From a virus (taxonomy: Duplodnaviria; Caudoviricetes): a stretch of 27,151 bases of DNA. The position numbers and the translations under genes were made by a program. Of this stretch, positions 1-8,148 are shown piece by piece (the stretch's first letter is position 1; every line of letters starts with the position of its first letter). Below the pieces are notes generated by a model that did no database searches, was not told where the DNA came from, and saw nothing but the letters and a program-made list of their open reading frames with translations. Where the stretch lies: positions 1 to 27,151 of IMG/VR virus record IMGVR_UViG_3300034104_003596. One strand, given 5' to 3'.

Positions 1-360
1 ATCAGGCCTATCCATAACACCAACAACATCTGGTCTGTATGGTAACTCTGCTATTAAGTGGTCGATAGAAGAGTAGACCGTAGCATAGCGAAAGGGGTTA
101 GTGCCAATTTTTTCAAGGTGCTCAATTAAGTCGTTTAGTTCATCCTCGGTCATATCAAAGGAAACAAGCTCGTATGTGTATTCGCTTCTTGTAGCCCACA
201 AATAAATACGGCTTAATATTTGAGAATTAAAAGTATACTTTTTTTCAATCTTAGGGATTATTTTAAAAACTTTTTTGACAGAAGTTTCCCAATTAAGTAT
301 GCCGTCTGTTGTAACAAGCACCCGCCTAGTAAATGCGTTGCTTATATCCCCCTTGTACAT
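1..360 (-). CDS. Hypothetical protein, partial (runs off the left edge); not in the ORF track
   Basis: ATG at 358-360, 2 nt after the stop of the SWIM gene. Open for 120 codons to the window edge: MYKGDISNAFTRRVLVTTDGILNWETSVKK...LPYRPDVVGVMDRPD. The RVLVTTDGIL segment weakly resembles a degenerate HAD motif I. Confidence 0.8.
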   Translation of the reverse strand, partial: MYKGDISNAFTRRVLVTTDGILNWETSVKKVFKIIPKIEKKYTFNSQILSRIYLWATRSEYTYELVSFDMTEDELNDLIEHLEKIGTNPFRYATVYSSIDHLIAELPYRPDVVGVMDRPD

Positions 361-362
361 GT

Positions 363-680
363 TTAATAAACCTCTATTTTTCCAAATCTAATAATGAACT
401 CTCTAAAAGCATCTGTAGATTCTTGAGCCTTGTCGGCTTCTTCTTTAGTTGCCTTCTTAGAAATTTCTAACGGATACGCACCGCCATTAGTATTAATTCG
501 GGCGTTTACAAATCGAGAGTGCTTGCAACTACTTCGTCCATTAAACCCTGGGCACGAGCAGATTAAGTCTCCGTCTAAAGTACTGCTTACTTCATAGATT
601 GCAGGGCTCGGACTCATAGACTGGCTCAAGAAAACTTGTATAAGTTTTGTTTCTTGGGCTTGCATGTTCTTCTTCCTCAT
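363..680 (-). CDS. SWIM zinc-finger protein (about 105 aa)
   Basis: CSC-x8-CKH motif (LICSCPGFNGRSSCKH). Start moved from 773 to the ATG at 678-680, which forms an ATGA overlap with the stop of the DnaC-like gene. Confidence 0.8.
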   Translation of the reverse strand: MRKKNMQAQETKLIQVFLSQSMSPSPAIYEVSSTLDGDLICSCPGFNGRSSCKHSRFVNARINTNGGAYPLEISKKATKEEADKAQESTDAFREFIIRFGKIEVY

Positions 681-1366
681 TTCCGTAAATCCCCTTTTGG
701 AGATTTTAGTGCAATAGGCACAAAAGCTTCTCGGGCAAAGCTCTCTGTAGCAGGACCATAAACGGCTCCCCAAGCCTCTAAAGGTATGTTTGAGGTAACA
801 ATAGTCGGTAGGCCGTTATTAAACCGAGTTCTAAGGACGTGGTGAAGCATTGTTTTTTGCCAACCAGACCCAGACATATGTTCCTTGCCTACGTCGTCAA
901 TAACCAGCACTCGGATGTTGTAGGCATCGTCTACGGACTCCCCAAGGATTCCAGCAAATAAAGACTGCTCTTCATCTGTAGGGTCTTCCATAAGTGCGCC
1001 TCTCAAATCAAGTAAAGCGCTAAAAGTTAAAAAGTAGCAAGGCCTAACAAGGGTTTTGTTTGCCTCAGGGGAAAAGGCCTCGTAAGGAAATCGTCGAAGG
1101 ATGTCCTGCAAGATTACCAAAGCCAAAGTTGTCTTGCCGTGCCCTGGCTCTCCGTAAAGCATGAGACCCTGACCGCAACTTGTCTGACCTTTAGATTTAA
1201 TTACCTTGCCGGATTCAACTGTAGCAACCCACTCTTTAATTATCTCAACATCAGATGAAATAACACCAGTGCAGTCTTTAAACTCCCAACCCTGACGGTT
1301 GTAGGGAATGGCTGCAATCTTTACCCATGAACGGCGCCGAAGTTTTAACTCGTCTACGTTAAACAT
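677..1366 (-). CDS. DnaC/IstB-like AAA+ ATPase (helicase loader)
   Basis: Walker A GEPGHGKT, Walker B VLVIDDVGKE, and RFNNGLPTIVTSN, all typical of DnaC/IstB. Directly follows a wHTH initiator-like gene. Confidence 0.88.
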   Translation of the reverse strand: MFNVDELKLRRRSWVKIAAIPYNRQGWEFKDCTGVISSDVEIIKEWVATVESGKVIKSKGQTSCGQGLMLYGEPGHGKTTLALVILQDILRRFPYEAFSPEANKTLVRPCYFLTFSALLDLRGALMEDPTDEEQSLFAGILGESVDDAYNIRVLVIDDVGKEHMSGSGWQKTMLHHVLRTRFNNGLPTIVTSNIPLEAWGAVYGPATESFAREAFVPIALKSPKGDLRK

Positions 1367-2219
1367 TTCCCCTCAATCTAGCAAGCGCCTTTTCTTTAAG
1401 GCGAAGCTCTTCATCGCTTTCTTCTGTGGAAATCATAGAACTCTTTGCCTGCAAAACGTAACTTGGAAACCTAGTAACAAACAACTTCCAAAGATGTTCT
1501 GCGTCATCGTACTTTTCAAAATCAATACTACCGAAGAACAAATCTAAAATAACAAGTTCTACAGCGCCATTAGTATCGTGCTTTTTTCTAAGGGACGCAA
1601 GAGCTGGGATAAAACGACTGTTAGTAACCGACCACGGCTTAATACTCCAGACTCGGTAGATGCGGTCAGCAAACTCGTAACCAACATCTGTGCACGTCCA
1701 CTTATCGGCAGAAACGGAATGACGGCTCAAACGCTTTTTATGGTTCTTGGCTTTAGCCTCCTCGTACTCAGCCTTCTTAACGTCCTGACTCTTTTGGCGT
1801 GCTTTAAGAACTTCATCGTCGTCAATGGACGACTGCTTTTCAAAAAATTCATAGCCCATGCTATCCACCTCAATGTTAATCGTTTGGAACTCTTCCACCG
1901 ACTCCGTCGGTGTATCTGGTTTACTTATAAGCGAATTAGCAAATACAGAGTTATTGCTATTCTGCACTACAAGGGGTAACGATAGTTCGGCTGTCAGACG
2001 GTCTGAACCCAAGACAGTCAAATAGTTCTTCTTAACAATACTAGCCCCAATTTTCTGGGTCTTCAGCTCAATGTAGCCAAGCTCTCGCAACTCTTTTAGT
2101 GCCTTGAGTGCGGAATGTCGCCCAATTTGCCAATGGCCCATTACGGACTCGGCAGATATGTTTAGTCCAGCGTTAGCCTTTACAAGTATGGCTAAAGCAA
2201 GTGGCGACAAAGGAATCAA
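1359..2219 (-). CDS. Putative replication initiator / replisome organizer with N-terminal winged HTH
   Basis: N-terminal HTH-like segment (ISAESVMGHWQIGRHSALKALKELRELGYIELK), Asn/Ser-rich linker and helical C-terminal domain. Overlaps the DnaC-like gene by 8 nt, the usual initiator-loader arrangement. TTG start directly after the upstream stop. Confidence 0.65.
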   Translation of the reverse strand: MIPLSPLALAILVKANAGLNISAESVMGHWQIGRHSALKALKELRELGYIELKTQKIGASIVKKNYLTVLGSDRLTAELSLPLVVQNSNNSVFANSLISKPDTPTESVEEFQTINIEVDSMGYEFFEKQSSIDDDEVLKARQKSQDVKKAEYEEAKAKNHKKRLSRHSVSADKWTCTDVGYEFADRIYRVWSIKPWSVTNSRFIPALASLRKKHDTNGAVELVILDLFFGSIDFEKYDDAEHLWKLFVTRFPSYVLQAKSSMISTEESDEELRLKEKALARLRGNV

Positions 2220-2891
2220 TTACTTATTCTGTTCCATGTCTTCGGTTAACGCGTTTAACTTTTTGGCTAAACGGTCAACAATTAAATTAACAAAACTGTC
2301 AATAGCAACGTAAATGTCATCTACTGCATCTTCGTACTCTTCTTCTTCATCGTCAGCGTCTTCAACCTCTTCATCTTCTGGCTCTTCGTAATCTTCTTCA
2401 TCCTCAACTACAACTGGCGTCTTTTCTGTAGAGGCCTCACTAGCAGGCATTACAGGTGTAGAGGAGCGCTTAATCTCATCCGCGGGGGTTATCTTGGATA
2501 ATCCGTCGCAAAGGTCGTAAGAAGCCAAGCCGTAGGTTTTACACACAGCAAGGGCGTCTGCACAATCTGGGTCCTCATCGCTCCAGAGGATAAAAACCTC
2601 TGCCTCTTTAAAGGCCTTAATAGATTCATCTATGGGAGTTGCAGTCTCGACCATAGTTGCGTGAGAAATGCTATCTAGAAAAGCACCAGTGTTTGCGTAA
2701 ACAATTACATCAATCTTTTGTTGCTTAGCCTGTTGCGCGGCCCATACCTGACCCTGACTTGGTTTTGAAGTAAAAGAAAGAACTAGGGCTTTTGGTTCGC
2801 CGTTTGCGTAGTAATGGTCGGACATCAGGGCTTCAACGTTTGCTCTGCTCGTCGCGCCACTACCTGTCAGTAATACTGTGTAATCTGCCAT
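2220..2891 (-). CDS. Hypothetical protein with a possible SLOG-like (YspA/DUF2493-type) Rossmannoid domain and a highly acidic C-terminal tract
   Basis: N-terminal VLLTGSG and later VFILWSDED...ALAVCKTYGL resemble SLOG-family strands. Long D/E run (EDEEDYEEPEDEEVEDADDEEEEYED). AAGGAG SD upstream. The CDS is solid; the family call is tentative. Confidence 0.5.
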   Translation of the reverse strand: MADYTVLLTGSGATSRANVEALMSDHYYANGEPKALVLSFTSKPSQGQVWAAQQAKQQKIDVIVYANTGAFLDSISHATMVETATPIDESIKAFKEAEVFILWSDEDPDCADALAVCKTYGLASYDLCDGLSKITPADEIKRSSTPVMPASEASTEKTPVVVEDEEDYEEPEDEEVEDADDEEEEYEDAVDDIYVAIDSFVNLIVDRLAKKLNALTEDMEQNK

Positions 2892-2894
2892 GTG

Positions 2895-2916
2895 GACTCC
2901 TTAAGACGGTGGAGTC
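2895..2916 (-). promoter_or_regulatory. Hairpin occluding the Shine-Dalgarno sequence of the 2220-2891 gene
   Basis: Minus strand GACTCC-ACCGTCTTAA-GGAGTC: a perfect 6-bp stem whose 3' arm contains the GGAG of the SD, 3 nt before the ATG. Confidence 0.5.
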
Positions 2917-2920
2917 GCAG

Positions 2921-2948
2921 ACTATACCCGAAGTTCTACTCTGGTCTA
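2921..2948 (-). promoter_or_regulatory. Possible sigma70-type promoter for the replication module
   Basis: TAGACC-16 nt-TATAGT on the minus strand, at the boundary between the structural and replication modules. Confidence 0.35.
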
Positions 2949-3196
2949 GTTGGGCGTATTACGGCTGGTTTAAAGGTTGTCATTCGGTCTGCAGCAACGG
3001 TAATAAAAAGGGACAAAAACGCAGAAGCTACCGTTAATGCTACAAAAAGTCCTATTTTGGACACGCCGAGTAACGCAAGCCCACCAGCCGAAAATATTAA
3101 AGACGCCAAAGCTTTAAACATCTTTAACTCTATTACCTGGTCAATTACAGCCAAGAAAAAGGCAGAAAAACAAGCGGCAACAATAAGTTCAAACAT
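2936..3196 (-). CDS. Small membrane protein, putative holin
   Basis: 86 aa with about three hydrophobic segments and a short basic C-terminal tail (RMTTFKPAVIRPTRPE). Lies at the end of the tail module. No endolysin is adjacent. Confidence 0.5.
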   Translation of the reverse strand: MFELIVAACFSAFFLAVIDQVIELKMFKALASLIFSAGGLALLGVSKIGLFVALTVASAFLSLFITVAADRMTTFKPAVIRPTRPE

Positions 3197-3208
3197 GTTT
3201 ATATCCTA

Positions 3209-5521
3209 CTACGGTTTTGCAAATAGCAGCTGGAACTGGCTTCCTAAGGTTAAATAGTTAGGTAAATCGTTTATTAGACGGCCTTGAATTGTTCCGCGGT
3301 TTTTATAGTAGTGGCTTCTAGCAGCGTTGGCGTTAGTGTCTCCACCTTCCCAAATTAAGTTTGTTAAAGAGGTAACCCCCGTTGCCCCGTCAAAATAAGA
3401 GTTGACGTAGGCACTTGCCTCGAACAAGGCTTCGTCTAAAACAAGCCATACAGCGGTATTTGTTGTTGAGTAGTTAATACTAACAACTGCGTATATTGCA
3501 TCTGAAGGACTTGTTGCAGTTACGCTTGGACGAGCAAACCCTGTTAAAAGGTCTGTAATACCTGGAGTTCCGGTTTGCACTGTACCGGTAGAAAGACCAC
3601 CAGATTTAAACCAAGAAATAGATACTGTTGGATTTGCTCCAGTTGGTGTGGTGTTAAAGTACTTTGTGTAAACGCTAAAAGTGTAAGTTGTGTTTGGAAT
3701 AACAGTTGTAACATTTTCTGAGCTTATAACTACATTTCCAGAAGCTGTTGGTTTTGCAACTAGGGTTTCACCAGACAACGCTAATGGTGCTGGGCTAAGA
3801 GAAGACCCTAATACCAAAGTACCGTTAGTTATTCCCCATTGAGTGTTTGTAGTAAAGTTTGGATTTTTAAGCTCATTAATTCTAGAGGCTTTAAAAGTAA
3901 TTTTAATTAAACGAGAGTCTTCAAACGTGGTAGCCGCATTAGCGTTTTCAAACATAGCTGCGTCAAAGTAAAAAATTTGACCAAGAGTTGCGCTAGCAAT
4001 ACTTATAAAAGGTGTCGCAAACGCAGCATTAACTGGTGCAACTGCGCTTACTGTTGGCCTACTTGCTGTGTCTTTTGCCAGACCAGCAACTGGCAAAGAT
4101 ACTTCTGTACCAAAATCACTTGTAGATAAATAATTTCCACCTAAGTCGTGCCATTTAATAGCTACTTTAGCGTTTCTTGCAGTTGCTGCAGACACGCCAA
4201 AGATACTAAATGTGTAATTGCCACCAGCAACTCCAATTGATGTAGGAATACCTGGTGGTGGCGGTGTGGTTGTGATTCCTTGAGAAGACCCTGCAGCTGC
4301 GCTTGCAACCTTAAACTCGTAACCAGTAGATGAGTAAACTGTTGCGTTTGATAGGTTAAAGGCTGATGTAGAAAGCCCAGTAACTGTTACTTTATCTCCG
4401 GGTACAAAATTGTTTCCAGTTGTGTAATAAGTTACATAAGTACCGTCTCTAGACACACCGATAATGCTTGCAGATTTTACAGGAATGCCATTTGTTGCTT
4501 TAGGTGACGGGTAATACCCACAGTCTAATGTAACAGCTCCTGCAGTTGTTGTAGTTACCTTTAACAAATACTCTTGTAAATTAGGAAAACTTGCTGGCAA
4601 ATCAGCGTCACCTCTGTAGGCAATAAGAAGACCAGACCCACCAGGGGCTGCTACTACTCCGGATGGTTGCTGAGCTAATGTTGCAGTGCTAGAAACCCAA
4701 GCTCCTACGCTTTGTTCAAATGAAGAGTCGTTTATGTCTAACATTAAATTTTTTCCAAGTACGGACTCTAAGTCCCAACCAGTGTAAGACTTTAAATAAG
4801 TTATTAACCCCGAATAAGAGCCTTTATTTTTATAAATTTTCATGGCGTTTCTTAAAAGAACTCTTGACTGTTGTAATCCAATTTCAGGTTCAAATTTTAA
4901 ACCAAATTGCTGCATCATAGGTGCAATGTATCGACCATCAACATAGGTAGTGTCCCCTGAGTACATTAAGTTTGTTGCAAGAGTTTTTTCTAAGTCGTAT
5001 TCAAAAGCAAAAATACTTAAAAGACTTCTAAGGTCTTCATTTTCTCTACTGCTTGTGTAATCGTAGATAGTCGTACCAGTAATGGGGTTTGAAATAGCTA
5101 AGTCTGTATTCCGGTAAACAATAGGTAAGTAGTTCCACATTCTATCAAGAGTATTAAAGTCTTTTACAGAGATTCCATAAGCATTTCCTGCTCTAACCCA
5201 GTCAGTCACGTTTGCGGGTAAAAGAAAAATAGAATAGTAGTAAGTTCTACCTTGCTCTAAGTTAGAGTCTTCAAAGTACTCTTCAAAACTTTCATTGTTT
5301 TTTTCAACAAGAAGAACGCCGTCGTCAGGGTCTACTGGAAACCCGTATTTATTTCTTACTAATCTAAACTTAGTCCAAGCACCCGTTGGAGTATTCCATA
5401 TTACGTTAATAGTCCCATATGCTTTTGGGACAGTGTAAAACGGAGCAGCACTAAACTGCACAAGAGCGGCGTTACCGTAACGTACTCCTGTGCCGTAAAA
5501 ATCAACTCCATAACGACCCAT
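3209..5521 (-). CDS. Baseplate wedge/tail protein with a P2 gpI-like domain, an N-terminal FN3-like domain and two carbohydrate-binding-like domains
   Basis: YLPIVYR...LRSLLSIF...MMQQFG...RVLLRNAMKIYKNKGSYSGLITYLKSYTGW matches the Tail_P2_I pattern. Two N-x-L/M...FE...YTFS...D-x-A-M/L-FE units resemble CBM4/9 galactose-binding-like folds. Confidence 0.75.
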   Translation of the reverse strand: MGRYGVDFYGTGVRYGNAALVQFSAAPFYTVPKAYGTINVIWNTPTGAWTKFRLVRNKYGFPVDPDDGVLLVEKNNESFEEYFEDSNLEQGRTYYYSIFLLPANVTDWVRAGNAYGISVKDFNTLDRMWNYLPIVYRNTDLAISNPITGTTIYDYTSSRENEDLRSLLSIFAFEYDLEKTLATNLMYSGDTTYVDGRYIAPMMQQFGLKFEPEIGLQQSRVLLRNAMKIYKNKGSYSGLITYLKSYTGWDLESVLGKNLMLDINDSSFEQSVGAWVSSTATLAQQPSGVVAAPGGSGLLIAYRGDADLPASFPNLQEYLLKVTTTTAGAVTLDCGYYPSPKATNGIPVKSASIIGVSRDGTYVTYYTTGNNFVPGDKVTVTGLSTSAFNLSNATVYSSTGYEFKVASAAAGSSQGITTTPPPPGIPTSIGVAGGNYTFSIFGVSAATARNAKVAIKWHDLGGNYLSTSDFGTEVSLPVAGLAKDTASRPTVSAVAPVNAAFATPFISIASATLGQIFYFDAAMFENANAATTFEDSRLIKITFKASRINELKNPNFTTNTQWGITNGTLVLGSSLSPAPLALSGETLVAKPTASGNVVISSENVTTVIPNTTYTFSVYTKYFNTTPTGANPTVSISWFKSGGLSTGTVQTGTPGITDLLTGFARPSVTATSPSDAIYAVVSINYSTTNTAVWLVLDEALFEASAYVNSYFDGATGVTSLTNLIWEGGDTNANAARSHYYKNRGTIQGRLINDLPNYLTLGSQFQLLFAKP

Positions 5522-5527
5522 TTTAAA

Positions 5528-5755
5528 TTACCATTTCTCTAACGGACAAGCAGCAAGTTTTAACTTTGTCTTCATAGACATAATACAGCCGCACTCTTTG
5601 CACTGCTTTGTTAACTTAATTAACTTAGGACATCCGTTACATATTGTCATACGTGCATCAGAGACCTCTTCGTCAACGTATTCAGTTTTTGGGTTCAGTA
5701 TGTCCCACGGGCGAGTATCACCAAGTTTGGCTTTGTATTCATCCCATTTACTCAT
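5528..5755 (-). CDS. Small six-cysteine protein (DUF6171-like)
   Basis: R-x2-IC-x2-C-x10-C-x2-CGC-x12-CP-x2-KW pattern in 75 aa. TAATG-coupled to the upstream gene. Confidence 0.7.
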   Translation of the reverse strand: MSKWDEYKAKLGDTRPWDILNPKTEYVDEEVSDARMTICNGCPKLIKLTKQCKECGCIMSMKTKLKLAACPLEKW

Positions 5756-6144
5756 TACTCCATCTCCCCAGGGATAATGAAGTCTCCATCAACATAGAGC
5801 CAACCTTCTCCAAGTATCTGGTAATGCTTATGAATAGATGGGTCAATTTTAATAATAAGAGGCTCTGACAACAAAACAGCATGAAGCATTTCATCGCAGG
5901 TTAGCTCAGTAGTCTTGTTGTCTTTTGAAGTAATTTTTACACAAAATGACCCGTCTGTTGTAACAACCTCTTTAAAAGAAGTTGCAGTTAGCATTGTTTC
6001 AGAGAAAAAAGAATCAAAAATTAGACTTTTTACAACTTCTCCGTCTATAACGCAGACAAGCCAGTCCGAAGTAAGTCCGTTTGGCACACGTTGCGCTTTT
6101 ACTCCTGGCATTTTCCAGTCAATATCGGCGTAATTTAATTTCAT
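5755..6144 (-). CDS. Hypothetical protein, possible tail fibre assembly chaperone
   Basis: Immediately downstream of the fibre gene. The C-terminal GWLYVDGDFIIP resembles the GW-x-Y-x2-G-x-F-x2-P motif of fibre-assembly proteins. Confidence 0.5.
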   Translation of the reverse strand: MKLNYADIDWKMPGVKAQRVPNGLTSDWLVCVIDGEVVKSLIFDSFFSETMLTATSFKEVVTTDGSFCVKITSKDNKTTELTCDEMLHAVLLSEPLIIKIDPSIHKHYQILGEGWLYVDGDFIIPGEME

Positions 6145-6153
6145 ATATTTATC

Positions 6154-8148
6154 CTAACACGCCGGTGGACAGCATCTAGTTCTAACCCCGGCTGGGTCAG
6201 AGTTAGCAGCGCATTGCCCAACGTAGTAGCACTGCCAGTAGTTAACACTTGCTGAGTTATTAACGTCATAATCGGAGCATTGATATTTTAATCCTTGACT
6301 ACAACAGCTAAGGTTTGACGTACAACCCGCGGCCGCCGTAGATTGGCAAGAGGGGTATGTTCCAGTGTTGTTATATAAGCAAGCAATATTATAACCAGTA
6401 CCGCTACCAGCTTGATTGTTAGTGCTTCCACCATTGTCGCTGCAATTTCCCACACCAGCACATTGCGAACTTGTTCGACAATAATATAGATACGGGGCAG
6501 GAGCAGGAGGCGATGTAGCAGCAGTTCCAGCTCCTCCAGAACCAGCGCTGTTTGAAGCAAACACAGAAATTGATGTGTACTCGGAATTAGTTGCTGAAGT
6601 ACCCGTTGTGGTGAGATACCCCCCACCAAAGGTATAGTAGTAAGTAAAAGGGCCGGTTCCAGTAGGAGCAGACCAATTGAAGTAAGAAGCGCCCGCGTAA
6701 TACCCAGAAACAAGTCCTGCCATACTTCCTGGGGAGGTTACAACAGGAGGTCTAGTCACAGAAAAACTTCCAGTTCCTCCAGAACCAGCGCTATTTGACG
6801 CGTAAACAGTTATTGTTAACGAGTCTCCGTATTCTGAATAGGATGTACTGTTTGTGCTGTTATATCCATACCCATTAATGCTGTAGTAATAAGTAAAAGG
6901 CGAAGTACCCGATGGCGGTGACCAGCTAAAAGTTATTAAACCGTTGCTCCAAGAACCAGAAATAAGTCCAGACATACTTCCTGGAGAAGTTACAACAGGT
7001 GGCCTTGTTACTGTAAAACTTCCAGATTCTCCAGTGCCAGCGCTATTTACTGCTCTAACTGTTATTGTCTGTGAGTCTGCGTATACGGAATAAGACGTAC
7101 TGTTTGTTGATGTAAACCCATATCCAAGACTGTATTCATAACTAAAAGGCGCAGTACCAGTAGTTGGTGGTGACCACGTAAAAGTAGCTAACCCATTGCT
7201 CCAAGAGCCAGAAACACGTCCTGCCATACTTCCTGGAGCAACTACTGGTGCAGGTTCAGCCCCAGTAGTAACGGTGTTAGATGTCATAGTTCCACTACCG
7301 TTACTGTTACTTGCTGTAACAGTTACATAATATGAGGTTGAATAATTAGCAGTAAAAGAAAATGAAGTTGTAGAGGTAGGTACAGAACCACTTGTAGCTA
7401 CGTATGCTCCAGAAATACTCCATAACATATAAGTGTACGAAGTTGGAGTAGTTCCAGCTGCCCATTGACCTGAAGTACACGTTACTGTGTTTCCGCTGGC
7501 AGTAGCTACTGGAGAGAGGCTTCCAATAGGTCCTTGTGGCGGTGCAACATATGTATATGGAGTTGCAGAGTTAGAGGCAGCGCTTGCTGCAGCAGACCCA
7601 TTTGCGTTAGAGGCTACGACAGTAAAGGTATACGCCGTTCCATCTGATAAACCGCTAACAGAAATAGGTGAACCAGAGCTTGAGCCAGTAAACCCGCCTG
7701 GACTAGATGTTGCTGTATATGTAACAGTTTTTCCGCCAGTACCATTTGGGGTAAACCCTACAGAAACTGTTCCTGTAGCACCTGTTGCTGTTGCTGTTCC
7801 AATAGTTGCTGGTTGAGGGATAGTAGTTGCAAAAACAGAACCACTAGAAAGTGAGGGGCCTGTTCCAAGAGAGTTTGTTGCTGTTACTCCATATGTGTAA
7901 CTAGTACTAGAAGACAGCCCAGTAATTGTTAAGGGAGAAGAAGTGCCACTTGCAGTTAATCCACCTGGACTAGACGTAATTGCGTAGCCTGTTACTGGAA
8001 GTCCTCCATCGTGTACAGGCGCTGTGAAGGAGATAGTTGCACTGGCGTTGTTGTACGCCCGAGCAGTTCCTACATCAACACCAGATACAGAAGCAGGGGC
8101 GTAAGGAACTTCCCTGCTTGAAGAAGAAACAATTCCAGAAATAGCCAT
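6154..8148 (-). CDS. Tail fibre / adhesin with multiple FN3/Ig-like domains and a Cys-rich C-terminal tip
   Basis: FN3 signatures (FTAPVHDGGLPVTGY, GLSSSTSYTYGVTATN, GLSDGTAYTFTVVASN), three further about 84-aa repeats, and a Ser/Thr/Gly-rich body. 14 Cys in the last about 110 aa. Confidence 0.8.
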   Translation of the reverse strand: MAISGIVSSSSREVPYAPASVSGVDVGTARAYNNASATISFTAPVHDGGLPVTGYAITSSPGGLTASGTSSPLTITGLSSSTSYTYGVTATNSLGTGPSLSSGSVFATTIPQPATIGTATATGATGTVSVGFTPNGTGGKTVTYTATSSPGGFTGSSSGSPISVSGLSDGTAYTFTVVASNANGSAAASAASNSATPYTYVAPPQGPIGSLSPVATASGNTVTCTSGQWAAGTTPTSYTYMLWSISGAYVATSGSVPTSTTSFSFTANYSTSYYVTVTASNSNGSGTMTSNTVTTGAEPAPVVAPGSMAGRVSGSWSNGLATFTWSPPTTGTAPFSYEYSLGYGFTSTNSTSYSVYADSQTITVRAVNSAGTGESGSFTVTRPPVVTSPGSMSGLISGSWSNGLITFSWSPPSGTSPFTYYYSINGYGYNSTNSTSYSEYGDSLTITVYASNSAGSGGTGSFSVTRPPVVTSPGSMAGLVSGYYAGASYFNWSAPTGTGPFTYYYTFGGGYLTTTGTSATNSEYTSISVFASNSAGSGGAGTAATSPPAPAPYLYYCRTSSQCAGVGNCSDNGGSTNNQAGSGTGYNIACLYNNTGTYPSCQSTAAAGCTSNLSCCSQGLKYQCSDYDVNNSASVNYWQCYYVGQCAANSDPAGVRTRCCPPAC
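6500..7245 (-). repeat. Three tandem FN3-like domain repeats inside the fibre gene
   Basis: CATACTTCCTGG recurs at 6721, 6973 and 7225 (252-nt period). CCAGCGCT recurs at 6542, 6785 and 7037. The protein unit is PGSM(A/S)G...W(S)(P/A)P...F(S/T)Y...T..TS...NSAG.G. Confidence 0.85.

Noticed and set aside
681-773. Longer N-termini given by the ORF track for 363-773, 21284-21634 and 22359-22916
   Set aside because: Each overlaps the upstream gene extensively, while a downstream ATG gives clean translational coupling or has an SD.
677-1366. IS21 IstB transposition helper
   Set aside because: No IstA transposase or terminal inverted repeats. The context next to a wHTH initiator fits a phage helicase loader.
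6154-6500. Possible diversity-generating retroelement variable region at the fibre C-terminus
   Set aside because: No template repeat differing only at adenines and no reverse transcriptase in the window. It cannot be excluded elsewhere in the genome.
6288-6713. Alternative-frame minus-strand ORF inside the fibre gene (similar cases at 15140-15376 and 25926-26294)
   Set aside because: Leu-rich off-frame translations expected from biased codon usage. No SD or slippery site was seen that would make them real.
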